Positions 46,059-60,718 of a DNA stretch of 64,000 bases are shown piece by piece. The notes below the pieces were generated by a model. That model did not search any database. It was given only the letters and a program-made list of their open reading frames with translations, and had not been told where the DNA came from. Made by a program: the position numbers and the translations under genes. The stretch comes from the human T2T-CHM13v2.0 reference genome, Homo sapiens. Each line of letters opens with the position of its first letter. The first letter of the stretch is position 1. Location: the NCBI RefSeq assembly GCF_009914755.1, contig NC_060936.1; one strand, written 5' to 3'.

Positions 46059-48694
46059 TCATTAAATGTTCATAAAATTTATGGCAACTGCTAAACTGGT
46101 TACAGCAACTGCCATAAACTTTATGGCAACTGGTTAACCATTTTCTAATCCATATATATATATTTACAAATATGCTTTCCTGTTTTATATCTATATGGCC
46201 ATCTCAGCAACTCATGAGACTAGAAAATGGTTAACAAAAAGATTTTAAATCTATAAAAATAGAAAAATAAATATCCATATTCTGCCTTGTGTGATTTATA
46301 CACTTTTTATAAAATGGAGGAAAATCCACAATTGTTATACATATAATAAAAATAGATAGCTGTTAAAATGTGCATAAATTTTGGTCTGTATTTTTAATGA
46401 ACATCCTAAATATATTGCGATGTCTTGATGAATTATAATAAATGTAACTATATACAGTATGGGTTGACTGATCTGAAATAGTGTTTTTCCACTTCTTGTC
46501 TTCTCCTTAAATTATCTGAAGAAAGAGACTGTTTCTCTAAATAATAAAAATTAAGACAGAAGCAGAAATAGAAAGCCTTAAACTGTTGAATAGATTTGAA
46601 TGAAGCCCTTTTAAAGCATCAAAGTCAAAATAATCTCTTCCAGTAGTTGTAGCCACAGCTGTCAAAGCATTTTTAAAAATTATTTAATTCAATGAGCAGC
46701 CCTATGTCCTATTTAACTCTAGAAGTAGGTAGTAGTAACAAAAGCAGGCTTTGGTGTTGTTTTTTTTTTCATATCAACCTCATTAATGTGCACACCTAAA
46801 GGGTCAACCACATTAATCTGCACACCCAATGCTCTAGTGCTTAAAAATCCTTCTTAGAAATGTGCAGTAATAACAACTGAAATTCATCTCTATTTCAGCT
46901 ACACCATTTGAATTCTTTACAAAGGCACTTCTTCATGGTTTGAGAATGCATCTCTCATTACCCTAAAGCAAAACTATCTTATCCCCTTCTAAATAGTGGT
47001 AACAAAACTAGATTCTCTAGTTGCTTCTCTTGTAGGTTTGCCTTCGGCTTATTCTGTTTCTCTACTAGGAATCAACTGATTGCTTTCAGGGAGTAGGTTT
47101 CTAACTAAATAAAGTTATGACAGACAATGCATCCTGGAAATTCTCCAGACAATTGAACTTTCTTTTAAAGGTAAACAGTTTTTAAGCACGCCCATGAACT
47201 ATGATATTCCAGGTTCGCAGCCATTAGTTACTCTGCTTGGCTGCTGTACATCTCTATGTATGTTTTTACCTCAAATTCCCCAGTTCCAAATGTATCATTT
47301 AACCAGAATGCATTTAATAGCATTTGTATATGTTATGAACCATAACAAGTGTCAAATGGATTCTAAAAATTAGTCCATAACATATTTATAGGAATGTGTT
47401 GCTTCCACTCTTTTTAAGAGTTGTATAGGCTTACATTTATCATCATTTAATATTAATAGAGCAACTGATATACACCTGTCCCTAAAAGTATGGGGCAAAC
47501 CACCAAAGACAGGTAATTATTAACAATTTTAGTTTTTGGCATTTTAATACTAAACTTCAAGGTTTATTAAATAAAATAAATATAAGAGGTTCTTGAAAAT
47601 CTAGCAAACTATATAGGCTTAGATATTTTATCAACAATATCTATAAAATATTATTGTCAGAGTATAGGTATATCATATCTATTTTCTTTTAAGGATTTTA
47701 ACTTTGTAACTATTTTGAATAAAGGATGAGGTTATTATTAATTGGTTGATTATAAAGACCATTTTCCCAAAGCTTTCCTCTCTCCTTAAAACACCCACAC
47801 ACTTTTGTACCCAAAAATATCAATGTATTTTTAATGTTTCTTCAATTGTTTCCTATACTTCTTTTCTACCTCAACTTGTGTTTATCTTTTAATGTCCACT
47901 GAAATTATATTTATGTTCACCAAGTCTAGCCAGTATTAAATTTTTTAAAAACTGAAATGACATTTAATAAAAGAATAAAGTTAATAGAAATCAAGATACA
48001 ACCCCAAGATGAAATAAGTGAATAAGCACATAAAATAAGAGAGAGAGATAGAGGCTCATGATAACATGAATAGAACACAGCAGAATAATATCAGGATATA
48101 GCTGAATTAATGTGAACTTTATAATATAGCAGGCAGCATGCATAAAATTTTGAAATGATTTTTCAAAAACAAAAACAAAAATCCAAGAGGTAATAGGTTT
48201 TTATTTTTTATTTTTAATATTGTGTATTTCCTATATACTGTTATTTTCACCTATCTTTAAAATTTTTAAATTGGTAAAAGTTAGGTGACTGTAGCTTAGC
48301 TTCTAAGGCAAAGGGAGAATCTTTAGTTCAGTAAACCTGTCACCAAAAACAAAACATTATATAATAAAAATAGGGATTGTTTTTCTCATATTTTGCATTT
48401 TTACATATCTTTAATTGTATTTCCTGTTTTAAACTGACAGTTATGAAATAATGGTCAGTTATGGTTTATATGAAATAATGGATGAGTTTGAATATATGAA
48501 ATAATGGTTGAGTTATGTTTTATACAGAAAATACCAAAATGACTCTCTTATGTTTTCTAGTGACCAATTTTTAATGTCATTTTGATGGAAGCAATAATGC
48601 AAAAAAAACTTTAAAAAATTTTTGGTTTTCCAGAAGTATAGATACTGAGTCTATCATTACTTGAGGTGTTTAATAAAAAATAAGATGGTCATAA

Positions 48695-48990
48695 TTTGGA
48701 GATGAAGGAGATGTAATGACCAAATACAATGTGGAGGCCTGGATATGATTCTAGAACAGAAGACAGACATTCATGGGAAAAATGGGTGAAAGCTGAATGA
48801 CGTTTTCAGCACAGTTAACAGTAACATACCAGTATAGGATGCCTAGTTTTGACAAATGTAAGATGTATCATCTTATGGTAATGTAAGACAATAACATTAG
48901 GGGAAAGTGAAACTCACTCAAGGATCTATGGGAACCTTCTACACTATCTCTGCAAGTTTTTTAGAAACCTAAAGTTATCCCTGCAGGATT
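48695..48990 (+). mobile_element. L1MC-like 3' end
   Basis: atgaccaaatacaatgtgg…ctggat…tatgggaaccttctacactatctctgcaagtttt…aacctaaagtt. Confidence 0.7.
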
Positions 48991-49863
48991 TAAAAAATAC
49001 CATGAAAAGGGTAAATCTAAGAGTTATTGGCCTTACAGAGGAAGTAGAGAAACAGAAAGGAGTAGAATGTTTATTCAAAGGGATAATAACAGAACTTCCC
49101 AAACCTAGAGAAAGATATCAATATCCAAGTCCACAAAAGTTATAGAAGACCAAGCAGATTTAACCTAAGGAAGACTACGTCAAGCCATCTAATAATCAAA
49201 CTCTCAAATTTCAAGGATAAAGAAAGGATCTTAAAAGCAGCAAGAGAAAAGAAACAACATACAATGGAGCTCCAATACATCTTCCAGCAGACTTTTCAGT
49301 GGAAACATTGCAGACCAGGAGACAGTGGCATGGCATATTTGAAGTGTTGAAGGGGAAAAAAAATAGGCATAAACAGTATAGCTGGTGAAAATATTCTTCA
49401 AACATGAAGGAGGAATAAAGACTTTCCAAGACAAAGAAAAGCTGAGTGATTTCATCAATACCAGACATGTCCTATAAGAAATGCTAAAGGGAGTACTTCA
49501 ATCAGAAAGAAAAGGATGTTAATAAGCAATAAAGCATCTTCTGAAGGTACAAAACTCACTGGTAATAGTAAGTACACAGAACAACACACATATTATAACA
49601 CTGTTACTGTGGTTTGTAAATTACTCATCTTAAGTAGAAAGAATAAAAGATGAACCAATCAAAATAATAATTACAACAACTTTTCAAGATGTAGTACAAT
49701 AACACATAAAGAGAAACAACAAAGGTTAAAAAGCATGGAAATGAAGTTAAAACAGAGTTTTTATGAGTTTCCTTTTTCTTGTTAATTCATTTGTATTTGC
49801 AAGCAGTATTAAGTTGTAATCAGGTTAAAATAATGTGTTATAAGATAGTATTTGCAATTTTCA

Positions 49864-50243
<380 letters not shown>

Positions 50244-52221
50244 TCATAACATTTGAGAAAATCACCTTCGCTAAAAGGAAGACAGGAAGGAAAGAAGGGA
50301 GAGAGACTACAAAACAATCAGAAAACAAACAACAAAATGGCAGGGGTAAGTACTTACTTATCAATAATAACATTGAATGTAAATGAACTCTCTAATCAAA
50401 AGACACGGAATGGCTAAATGGATTTAAAAAGCAAGACCCAATGATCTGTTGCCTACAAGAAAGACATTTCACCTACAAAGACACACAAAGACTGAAAATA
50501 AAGGGATGGAAACAGATATTCTATGACAATGGAAACCAGAAAAGAGCAAGAGTAGCTATACTTACATCAGACAAAACAGATTTCAAGACAAAAACTATAA
50601 AAAGAAACAAACGAGATCATTATACAATGATAAAAGGATCGATCCAGCAAGAGGATATAACACCTGTAAACATATATGCATACAATACTGGAGCACCCAG
50701 AAATATAAAGCAAATACTATTAGAACTAAAAAAAGAAGTAGAGACCATGGCAAGAATAGCTGGAGACTTCCACACTCCACTTTCAGCATGGAAAGATTAT
50801 CCAGACACAAAATTAACAAAGAAACATCAGACATAATCTGCACTACAGACCAAATAGACCTAAAAGATATTTACTAACATTTCATCCAATGGCTGCAGAA
50901 TACACATTCTTTTCCTCAGCGCATGGATCATTCTCAAAGGTAGACCACATGTTAGGTCAAAAAACAAGTCTCAAAACATTTTAAAAAAAACGGAAATAAT
51001 AGCAAGCATCTTCTCTAACCACAACAGAATAAAATAAGAAATCAATAATGAGGCATTTTGGAAACTAAACAAACACATGGAAATGAAACAATATACTCCT
51101 GAATGACCAGTGGGTCAATGAAGAAATTAAAAAGGAAATTGAAAAAATTCTTGAAATAAATGATAATAAAAACATGATATACCAAAACCTATGGGATACA
51201 ATGAAAGCAGTACAAAGAGAAAAGTTTAGAGCCATAAGTGCCTACATCAAAAAGGAGGGAAAACTTCAAATAAACAACCTAACAATGCATTTTAAAGAAC
51301 TAGAAAGGTAAGAGCAATCTAAACTCAAAATTAGTGGAAGAAAAGAAATAATAAAGATCAGAGCCAAGATAAATTGAAATGAATAAAACAATACAAAATA
51401 TCAATAAAACAAAAAGTTGTTTTTTAGAAGATAAAACTGACAAATTTAAGCCAGATTAACCAAGAAAATAAAAGAGAAGACCAAAATCAGAGATGAAAAA
51501 GGAGACATTGCAAGTGATACTGCAGAAATTCAAAGACTCATCAGTGGCTATTATGAGCAATTATATGCTAATAAACTAGAAAGTCTAGAAGAAATGCATA
51601 AATTCCTAAACATTTACAACCTACCAAGATTGAACCATGAAGAAATTCAAAACCTAAACACACCAATAACAAGCAATGAGATCAAAGCCGTAATAAAAAT
51701 TCTACCAGCACAAAAGCTCAAGATCCTATGACTTCAGTGCTGAATTTTACCAGACATTTAAAGAAAAATTAATATCAATTCTACTAAAACTATTCTGAAA
51801 GATAGAGGAGGGGAACATACTGCCAAACTCATTTTACAAGGCCAGTATTACCCTGATACCAAAACCAAAGACATACATTAAAAAAAAACTACAGATCAAT
51901 ATCACCTATGAATATTGATGCAAAAATCCTCAACAAAATGTGAGCAAATTGAATTCAACAACACATTAAAAAGATTAGCCATCATGACCAAGTGGGATTT
52001 ATCCCAGGGATTCAAGGATTGTACAACATATGCAAATCAATCAATGTGATAAATCATATCAACAGAATGAAGAAGAAAAACCATGTTCATTTCGATTGAC
52101 GGTGAAAAATCACCTGATAAAGTTTAACTTCCTTCATGATAAAAACTGTAAAAAACTAGGTATAGCAGGAACATACCTCAACATAGTAAATCCCATGTAT
52201 AATAGTCTCATAGCTAGTATC

Positions 52222-52321
52222 TTTATTTTTTATTTTTATTTTTATTTATTTATTTATTTATTTTTTGAGACAGAGTCTCGTTCTGTCGCCCAGGCTGGAG
52301 TGCAGTGGCGTGATCTCAGCT
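52222..52321 (-). mobile_element. Truncated Alu (3' ~60 bp plus tail) inside the L1
   Basis: (TTTA)n tail plus gagacagagtctcgttctgtcgcccaggctggagtgcagtggcgtgatctcagct. Confidence 0.9.
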
Positions 52322-53419
52322 ACAGCAATGAGACAAGAGAAAGAAATAGAGGGCATCCAAATTGGAAAGGAAGAAGTAAAATTATCCTTGTCTGCAGATG
52401 ATATAATCTCATATTTGGAAAAAACAAAGGACTCCAAGCAAAAAAAAACTCTTAGAAGTGATAAACAAATGTAAAGTTACAGGATACAAAATGAGCAAAC
52501 AAAAATCAGTAGCATTTCTACATGCCAACAGTGAACAATTTGAAATGAAAATCAAGAAAGTAATCCCATTTACAAAAGCTACAAATAAAATAAAGTACCC
52601 AGGAATTAAAGAAGTAATAGATCTCTACAATAAAAACTGTTAAAACTATAAAACATAGATGTAAGAAATTGAAGAGGATACCAAAAAATGGAAAGATATT
52701 TCATGTGCATGGGATTGGAATATTCAATGTTGTTATAATGTCTATACTCCCCAAAGCAATCTACAGATTCAATGCAATCCCTGTTAAAATATCAATGACA
52801 TTCTTCACAGAAATAGAAAAAAAATTCTAAAATTTATATCGAGCTACAAAGACCCAAAATAGCCAAAACTATTCTAAGCAAACAAAAACAAAACTGGAAG
52901 AATCACATTACCTGACTTCACGTTATACTACAGAGTAACCAAAATGACATAGTACTGACATAAAAAAAAAAGACACATAGGCCAACGGAACAGAATAGAG
53001 AACCCAGAAATAAATCCACACACTTACAGTGAACTCATTTTCAACAAAGGTGCCAAGAACATACACTGGAGAAAAGACAGTCTCTTCAATAAGTGGTGCT
53101 GGGGAAACTGGATATCCATATACAGAAGAATGAAGTTAGACCCCTATCTCTTGCCATATACAAAAATAAAATCAAAATGAATTAAACACTTAAATCTAAG
53201 ACCTCAAACTATGAAACTGCTCCAAAAAATTGGGGAAACTCTCCATGACATTAGACTGGGGAAAGATTTATTGAGTAATACCCCAAAAGAACAGGCACCC
53301 AAAACTAATAGGATCACATCACATTAAAAAACTTCTGCACAGCAAAGGAAACAATCACCGAAGTGAAAAGGCAACCCACAGAATGGGAGAAAACATTTAC
53401 AAACTATTCACAATTAATA

Positions 53420-56400
53420 ACCAAAACAACAAAAAGTTAGAAAGATCTGAAATTAACAGTCTAACTTTCAACCTAAAGAAACCAGAGGAAAAAAGAGAAC
53501 AATTCCAAAGGAAGCAAAAGAAAAAAGAAAACAAATAACCTAAATTAGTGAAGAACTTTATGAAATTGAGATGCAAAAATCTACACAATGAATCAATGAA
53601 ACCAAGTTGGGTATTTTTTGAAAAAATAAACAAGATTGATAGATTGCTAGCTAGATTAGCAAAGGAAAAAAAAAGGGAAGATCCACATAAGCGCAATCAG
53701 AAATGACAAAGATGACATTATAACTGGTTCCACAGAAATACAGAAGATCCTCAGAGAATACTATAAACAACTTTATGCACACAGATTAGAAAATCTAGAG
53801 GAAATGCATAAATTCCTGGAAATATACAATCTCCCAAGATTGAATCAGAAAGAGATTGGAAATCCTAAATAGAGTAGTGTTGAGCTCTGAAATTGAATGC
53901 ATAATAAAAAAAATACCAACCAATAAAAGCCCTGGAAATAGATGGATTCAGAGTCAAATTCTACCAGATGTACAAAAACAACTGGTATCAATTGTCCTGA
54001 AATTACTACAAAAAATCAAGGAGGAGGGGCGTATTATTCCATTTTCACATTGCTGATAAGGACACACCTGAGACAGGGTAATTTATAAAGAAAAGGAGGT
54101 TTAATGGACTCAGTTCCATGTGACTGGGGAGGCCTCACAATCATGGCAAAAGGCGAAAGGCATATCTTACATGGTGACATACAAGAGAGAATTTGTGCAG
54201 GGAAACTCCCCCTTAATAAAACCATCAGATCTTGTGAGATTCATTCACTATCACGAGAACAGCACAGGAAAGACCCGCCCCCATGATTCAAATACTTCCC
54301 ACCACCAGGCCCCTCCCACAACTCATGACAATTGTGGGAGCTACAATTCTAGATGAAATTTGGGTAGTGACACAGCCAAAGCATATCATTCCACCCCGGC
54401 CCCTCCCAAATCTCATGTACTCACATTTCAAAACCAATCATGCCTTCCCAACAGTCCACCAAAGTCTTAACTCATTTCAGCATTAATGCAAAAGTCCACA
54501 GTCCAAAGTCTCATCCAAGAGATGCAAGTTCCTTCCACCTATGAGCCTGTAAAATCAAAAGCAAGTTAGTTACTTTATAGATGCAATGGGGGTACAGGCA
54601 TTGGGTAAATACAGCTGTTCCAAATAGGGGAAATTAGGCAAAAGAAAGGGGCTACAGTCCCCATACAAGTCTGAAATCCAGTGAGTCAGTCAAATCTTAA
54701 AGCTCCAAAATGATCTCCTTTGACTCCGTGTCTCACATCCAGGTCACACTGATGCAAGAGGTGGGTTTCCATGGTCTTGGGTAGCTCCACCCCTGTGGCT
54801 TTGCAGGGTATAGCCTCCCTCCTGCTTTCACAGGCTGGCACTGAGTGTCTGCAGCTTTTCCAGGCACACCATGCAAGCCATTGGTGGATCTACCATTCTG
54901 AGGTTTGGAGGACGGTGGCCCTTTTCTCACAGCTCCACTAGGTAGTGCCCCAGTGGAGACTCTGTGTGGGGGCTTCAATCCCACATTTCCCTTCCACACT
55001 GCCCTAGCAGAGGTTCTCCAGGAAGGTCCCTCCCCTGCAGCAAACTTCTGCTTGGACATCCAGGTGTCTCCATAGAGCCTCTGAAATCCAGGTGGAGATT
55101 CCCAAACCTTTATTCTTGACTTCTGTACACCCACAGACTCAACAGCATGTGGAAAGCTGCCAAGGCTTGGAGCTTGCACCATCTAAAGCCACGGCCTGAG
55201 CTGTACCTTGGCCCCTTTCAGCCACGGGTGGAGCAGCTGGGACACAGGCACCAAGTCTCTAGGCTGCACACAGCAGGGGGACCCTGGGCCCAGTCCATGA
55301 AACCACTTTTTCCTCCTGGGCATCCGGGCCTATGATGGGAGGGGCTGCTGCAAAGGTCTCTGACATGCCCTGGAGACATTTTCCCCTTTGTCTGGGTGAT
55401 CAACATTTGGCTTCTTGTTACTTGTGTAAATTTCTGCAGCAGGCTTGAATTTCTCCTCAAAAAATGGGTTTTTCTTTTCTATTGTATTGTCAGGTTGCAA
55501 ATATTCTGAACTTTTATGATCTGTTTCCCTTCTAAAACTGAATGTTTTTAACGGCACCCAAGTCACTTCTTGAATGCTTTGCTGCTTAGAAATTTCTTCT
55601 ATCTGATACCCTAAATCATCTCCCTCAAGTTTAAAGTTCCACAAATCTCTAGGGCAGAGGCAACATGACACCAGTCTCTTTGTTAAAACATAGCAAGAGT
55701 CACCTTTATCTAGTTCCCAACAAGTTCCTCATCTCTATCTGAGACCACCTAAGCCTGGATGTCATTGTCCATATCATTATCAGCATTTTGGTCAAAGCCA
55801 TTCAACAAGTCTCTAGGAAGTTCTAAACTTTCCTACATTTTCCTGTTTTCTTCTGAGTCCTCCAAACTTAAAAACCTCTGCCTGTTACACAGTTCCAAAG
55901 TTGCTTCCACATTTTTGGGTATCTTTACAGCAGCACCTCACTCTACTGGTACCAATTTACTATATTAGTCCATTTTCAGGCTGCTGATAAAGACATGCAG
56001 AGATTGGGTAATTTATAAAGAAAAAGAGGTTTAATGAACTCACAGTTCCATGTGGCTGGGGAGGCCTCAAAATCATGGCGAAAGGCAAAAGGCATGTTTT
56101 ACGTGGCAGCAGACAAGAGATAATTTGTGCAGGGAAACTCTCCCTTATAAAACTATCAGATCTCATGAGACTTATTCACTATCACAAGAACAGCACAGGA
56201 AAGATTTGCCCCTATGATTCAATTACCTCCCACGAGGTCCATCCAGTGACACATGGGAATTGTGGGAGCTACAATTCAAGATGAGATTTGGGTGGGAACA
56301 CAGCCAAACCATATCAAGGGACTTCTCCCTAACTCATTTTATAAAGCCAGAATCACCCTAATACCAAGATCTGGCAGAGACACAATGAAAAAAGAAAGCT

Positions 56401-58920
56401 TCAGGCCAATATCCCCGAAGGACATAAATGCAAGATCCTCAACAAAATACGAGCAAACCAAATCCAGCAGCATATCAAAAAGTTAATTCGGCACGATCAA
56501 GTGGGCTTTATTCCTGGGATGCAAAGTTGGCTCACCATAGGCAAATCAATAAATGTGATTCACCACATAAAAAGAATTAAAAGCAAAAATCACATGATCA
56601 TCTTAATAGACACAGAAAACTTCAACAACATCCAGCATCCCTTCATGATAAAAACTTTCAGCAGACTAGGCACACAGGAATACATATCAAAACAATATAA
56701 GCCATCTATGACAAACCCATAGCCAACTTAATACTGAATGGACAAAACCTAGAAGCTTTTACTTTGAGAAATGGTACAAGACAAGGATGCCCACTCTTAC
56801 CACTCCTATTAAACATAGTACTGAGAGTCCTAGTCTAGCAATCAGACAAGAGAAACAAATAAAAGGCATCCAAATAGGAAATAAGTCAAACTATCTCCTT
56901 TCATTGATAATATGATTCTACATTTTGAAAACCGTAAAGACTCTGCTGAAAGCTACTATAACTGATAAATGATTTTTAGCAAGGCTTCAGGACACAAAAT
57001 TAATGTACAGAAATCAGCAGACTTCTATACACCAATAACATGTAAGCTAAGAGTCAAATCAAGAATACAATCCCATTTATAATAGCCACAGAGAAAATAA
57101 AATACCTAGGAATACAGCTAATTAAGGACATGAAAGATCTTTACAAGGAGAACTACAAAGAACTGCTAAAAAAAAATCAGTCATGACACAAATAGAAAAG
57201 CATCCCATGCTCATGGATTGGAAGAATCAATATCATTAAAATGGTCATACTGCCTAAAGTAATTTATAGATTCAACATTATGCCTATGAAACTACAAACA
57301 TTATTTTCCACAGAATTAGAAAACACAATTCTATAATTTATGTGAAGCCAAAAAATAGCCTGAATAATTTATAGCCCAAAGTAATTTAAAGTTCCAACAT
57401 TATGCCTGTCAAACTACCAACATCATTGTCCACCGAATTAGAAAAAACAATTCTATAATTTATGTAGAGCAAAAAAAAGCCTGAATAGCCAAAGCAATTC
57501 TAAGCAAAAAGAACAAATCCACAGACACTATCCAACTACAAACTATACTATAAGGCTACAATAATTAAAGCAGCATGGTACTAGTACAAAAACAAACATA
57601 TAGACCAATGACAGAATTGAAAATTCAGAAATAAAGCCACACATCTACTACCATCTGATCTTTGATGAGGCTGACAGAACCAAACAATGGGAAAGGACTC
57701 CTTATTCAATAAATGGTGCTGGGATAACTGGCTAGCTATATGAAGAAGAATGAAACTAGACTTTATCTTTCACCATATAGAAAAATTAAGTCAAGATGGA
57801 TTAAAGATTTAAATGTAAGACCTCAAGCTATAAAAATCCTAGAAGAAACCCTAGGAAATACCTTCTCAATATTGGCCTTGGCAAAGAATTTATGGTGAAG
57901 TCCCCAAAAGCAGTTCCAAAAAAGCAAAAATTGACAAGTGGGACCTAACTAAACTAATGATCACAGCAAAATAAACCATCAATAGGGTAAACAGATGATC
58001 TACAGAGTGGGAGAAAATATTTACAAACTATGCATCCAACATGGATCTAATATCCAGAATCTATAAGGAACTTAAACAAAACAATAAGCAAAAACCATAT
58101 AAACCCATTAAATAGTGGGCCAAAGACATGAACAGACACTTCTCAAAAGAAGATATATATGTAACCAATGAACATATGAAAACACACTCACATCACTCAT
58201 CTTCAGAGAGATGCAAATCAAAACCACAGATACCATGTCACATAATTCAGAAAGGCTGTTATTAAAAAGTCAAAAAACAACAGATGCTGCCTAGGCTATG
58301 AAGAAAAGGAAGTGCTTACACATTGTTGGTGGGAATGTAAATTAGTTCAGCCTCTGTGGAAAGCAGTTTGGAGATTTCTCAAAGAACTTAAAACAGAACT
58401 ACCATTTGACTCATCTATCCTATTACTGGGTATACACCCAAAGGAATATGAATCATTGTAACAAAAAGACACACACTCATACATTCATTGCCATATTATT
58501 CACAACAGCAAACACATGAAATGAACGTGGGTGCCCATCAACGGTGAAATGAAAAAAAAAAGTGTGGTAAATATACACCATGTAATACTATGCAGCCATA
58601 AAAAAAAATTGAAATCATGTCCTTTGCAGTAACATGGTTGGAGCTGGAGGCCATAATCCTAAGCAAGTTAACACAGAAAGAGAAAACCAAATACCGCATG
58701 TTCTCACTTACAGGTGGGAGCTAAACATTGAGCACATATAGACGTAAACATAAGAATAATAAACACTGTGGACTACTAGAGGGGGAGTCAGGAAGGGGGG
58801 TGGGGGTTAAAAAACATCCTATTAGCTATTATGCAGTCTACCTGGGTTCAATATACTCATGTAATAACCCTATGTATGTACCACATTTATTAAAATAAAA
58901 GCTGAATTTTTAAAAAATAA
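53420..58920 (+). mobile_element. L1PB-type element (ORF2 to 3' end), split by a THE1 insertion
   Basis: ORF2 fragments are continuous across the THE1 (…KIKEEG|[15 protein letters not shown]…); L1PB-like 3'UTR and aataaaa at ~58895. Confidence 0.9.
54030..56316 (-). mobile_element. Complete THE1 (ERVL-MaLR, THE1C-like): 3'LTR 54030-54388, internal region 54389-55960, 5'LTR 55961-56316
   Basis: Two homologous ~355-bp LTRs; polypurine tract at 54389-54408 (minus strand); 5-bp TSD agggg/aggga at 54025-54029 and 56317-56321. Confidence 0.95.
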
Positions 58921-59821
58921 TATAAGACAAATTATTTCCTATAATCACAAAAAGGAGAAAAGCAAACAAGTAGAAAAATCATGAATATAGAAAACAGCCA
59001 ATCACAGAAGAGCGTATGACCAATAAATAACAGAAAAGATACTCTGTCTACCAGTAATACTGAAAGTATTAATTAAAACAATAATAAAAGGACATCTGTA
59101 CCCATTAAAATCGATAGTATCAAATATTAGGTAGGGTTTGAGGAAACAGGTGTGACTAATAATTGGCAGCATTTATAGAAGGTAAATATTTATTTATATC
59201 ATCCAGTGTTTTAGAAGTGCATTTTTTGGCATAGGAATTTCTCTTCCAGATTTCTACCTTATAGAAACATTCAAACACATTCACCAAGATAAAAACATAA
59301 AAAAGGTTAATGTAGCATTATTTGTAGCAAATGCTGGGGAAAATAATATGGAAAGATACAAACAAAACTATCAACAGTTTACATTGGAGAGAGGAGGGAA
59401 ATTAGATGGGGTTGTAGAGTCACTTTTTATTCAATATGCATCTATATTATTTTATTTTTCAACTATTAACATTTGTCTTATTTGTGAAAATGTTTAAACT
59501 CTGCAAGTGATCAAATAGGAATAACAGAAATTAGGCTCATTCCATCTGCAGGCACTTAATTCACTTCTCAAAGAAAAGCATGTGGAAGTAGTTATGTCAT
59601 GGGCCATCTTGGTTTCAGAATGCACATCACCTGAATATCACTTTTAAAAACTTAAATGTATTGGCCTTTTCTTCACAAGGTATATAGGAGATGTGATGTG
59701 TTGCAAAGAAATCCAGCTACAGTAGAGGAAGAAGGAACACCATTAATAATTCCTGAATTATAACATTTATTTTTCCATCAAAATCAAATTTGTTTGAAAC
59801 TTGAGTAAAAAATCAAAGAAG

Positions 59822-60115
59822 CGGCCAGGCACCATGGCTCATGCCTGTAATCCCAGCACTTTGGGAGGCTGAAGCAGGTGGATTGTTTGTGCTCAGGAGT
59901 TCATGACCAGCCTGGGCAACATGGTGAAATCCTGTCTCCACAAAAAATACAAAGATTATACGGGTGTGGTGGCACATGCCCGTAGCCCCAGCTACTCAAG
60001 AGGCTGAGGTGGGAAGATCTCTTGCACCTGGAGGTCGAGGCTGCAGTGAGCCCAAATCACATCACTCTACTCCAGCCTGGGTGACAGAGTGAGATGCTTT
60101 CTAAAAATTAAAAAT
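59822..60115 (+). mobile_element. AluJ-like
   Basis: Diverged dimer (ctcaggagttc…cctgggcaacatgg…gaggtcgaggctgcagtgagc). Confidence 0.92.
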
Positions 60116-60183
60116 AAATTAAAATCAAAGTTTTTTATCAATCTCCTTCTCATGCAGTTGAAACCCTAAGACACTAAAAATGT

Positions 60184-60430
60184 CTACATCAAATTATAAG
60201 CTCTCTTACACATGCAATTAGTCTCACAAATGGAGCAAAGCCAAGAAATATTTACCGGCACTAGGCACACCAAACTGTTCATTATTTCATTTAATGAAAT
60301 AATGAGATCGGAATTAGTATAATTCCTCTCACAAATAAAGAAAAATTTCTTGGTGCAGAGAGTGGCAGCCACTTTGGTTATTGTGGTATATACACAGTTG
60401 CTGTTTTTTATATTTGAGCCCTGTAGCGCC
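60184..60430 (-). pseudogene. KLR-like pseudogene B, last C-type lectin exon
   Basis: Strong acceptor tttttctcctttcttaacag; phase-2 frame ALQGSNIKNSNCVYTTITKVAATLCTKKFFFICERNY…, i.e. the C-x12-C-x7-C (FICE) CTLD terminus. Confidence 0.82.
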
Positions 60431-60718
60431 CTGTTAAGAAAGGAGAAAAAACTGAGTCCAATAGGAAAATATAAAAAATAATTTCAATATGTAAACTACT
60501 ATAGTCAAGAAGAGAGTTACATATTTAGCTATTTCTCTATTTCTTTATTCATTCAACAAACATTTCTAGAGCACCACCGTAACTCCAGGACCTGGGATAG
60601 ACACACAAAAAAAAAGTCTATTCCTGTCCTCAAGGGCTTCACTCTGAAGAAATGCCACATCATGGAGCAAAAAAGAGTGGTTTCTAATTCAGACAAACGA
60701 GGAAAGAATTTGCTGGGT

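Noticed and set aside
54733-55671. ORFs in the THE1 internal region
   Set aside because: Degenerate MaLR internal sequence; fragmented, with no intact retroviral gene
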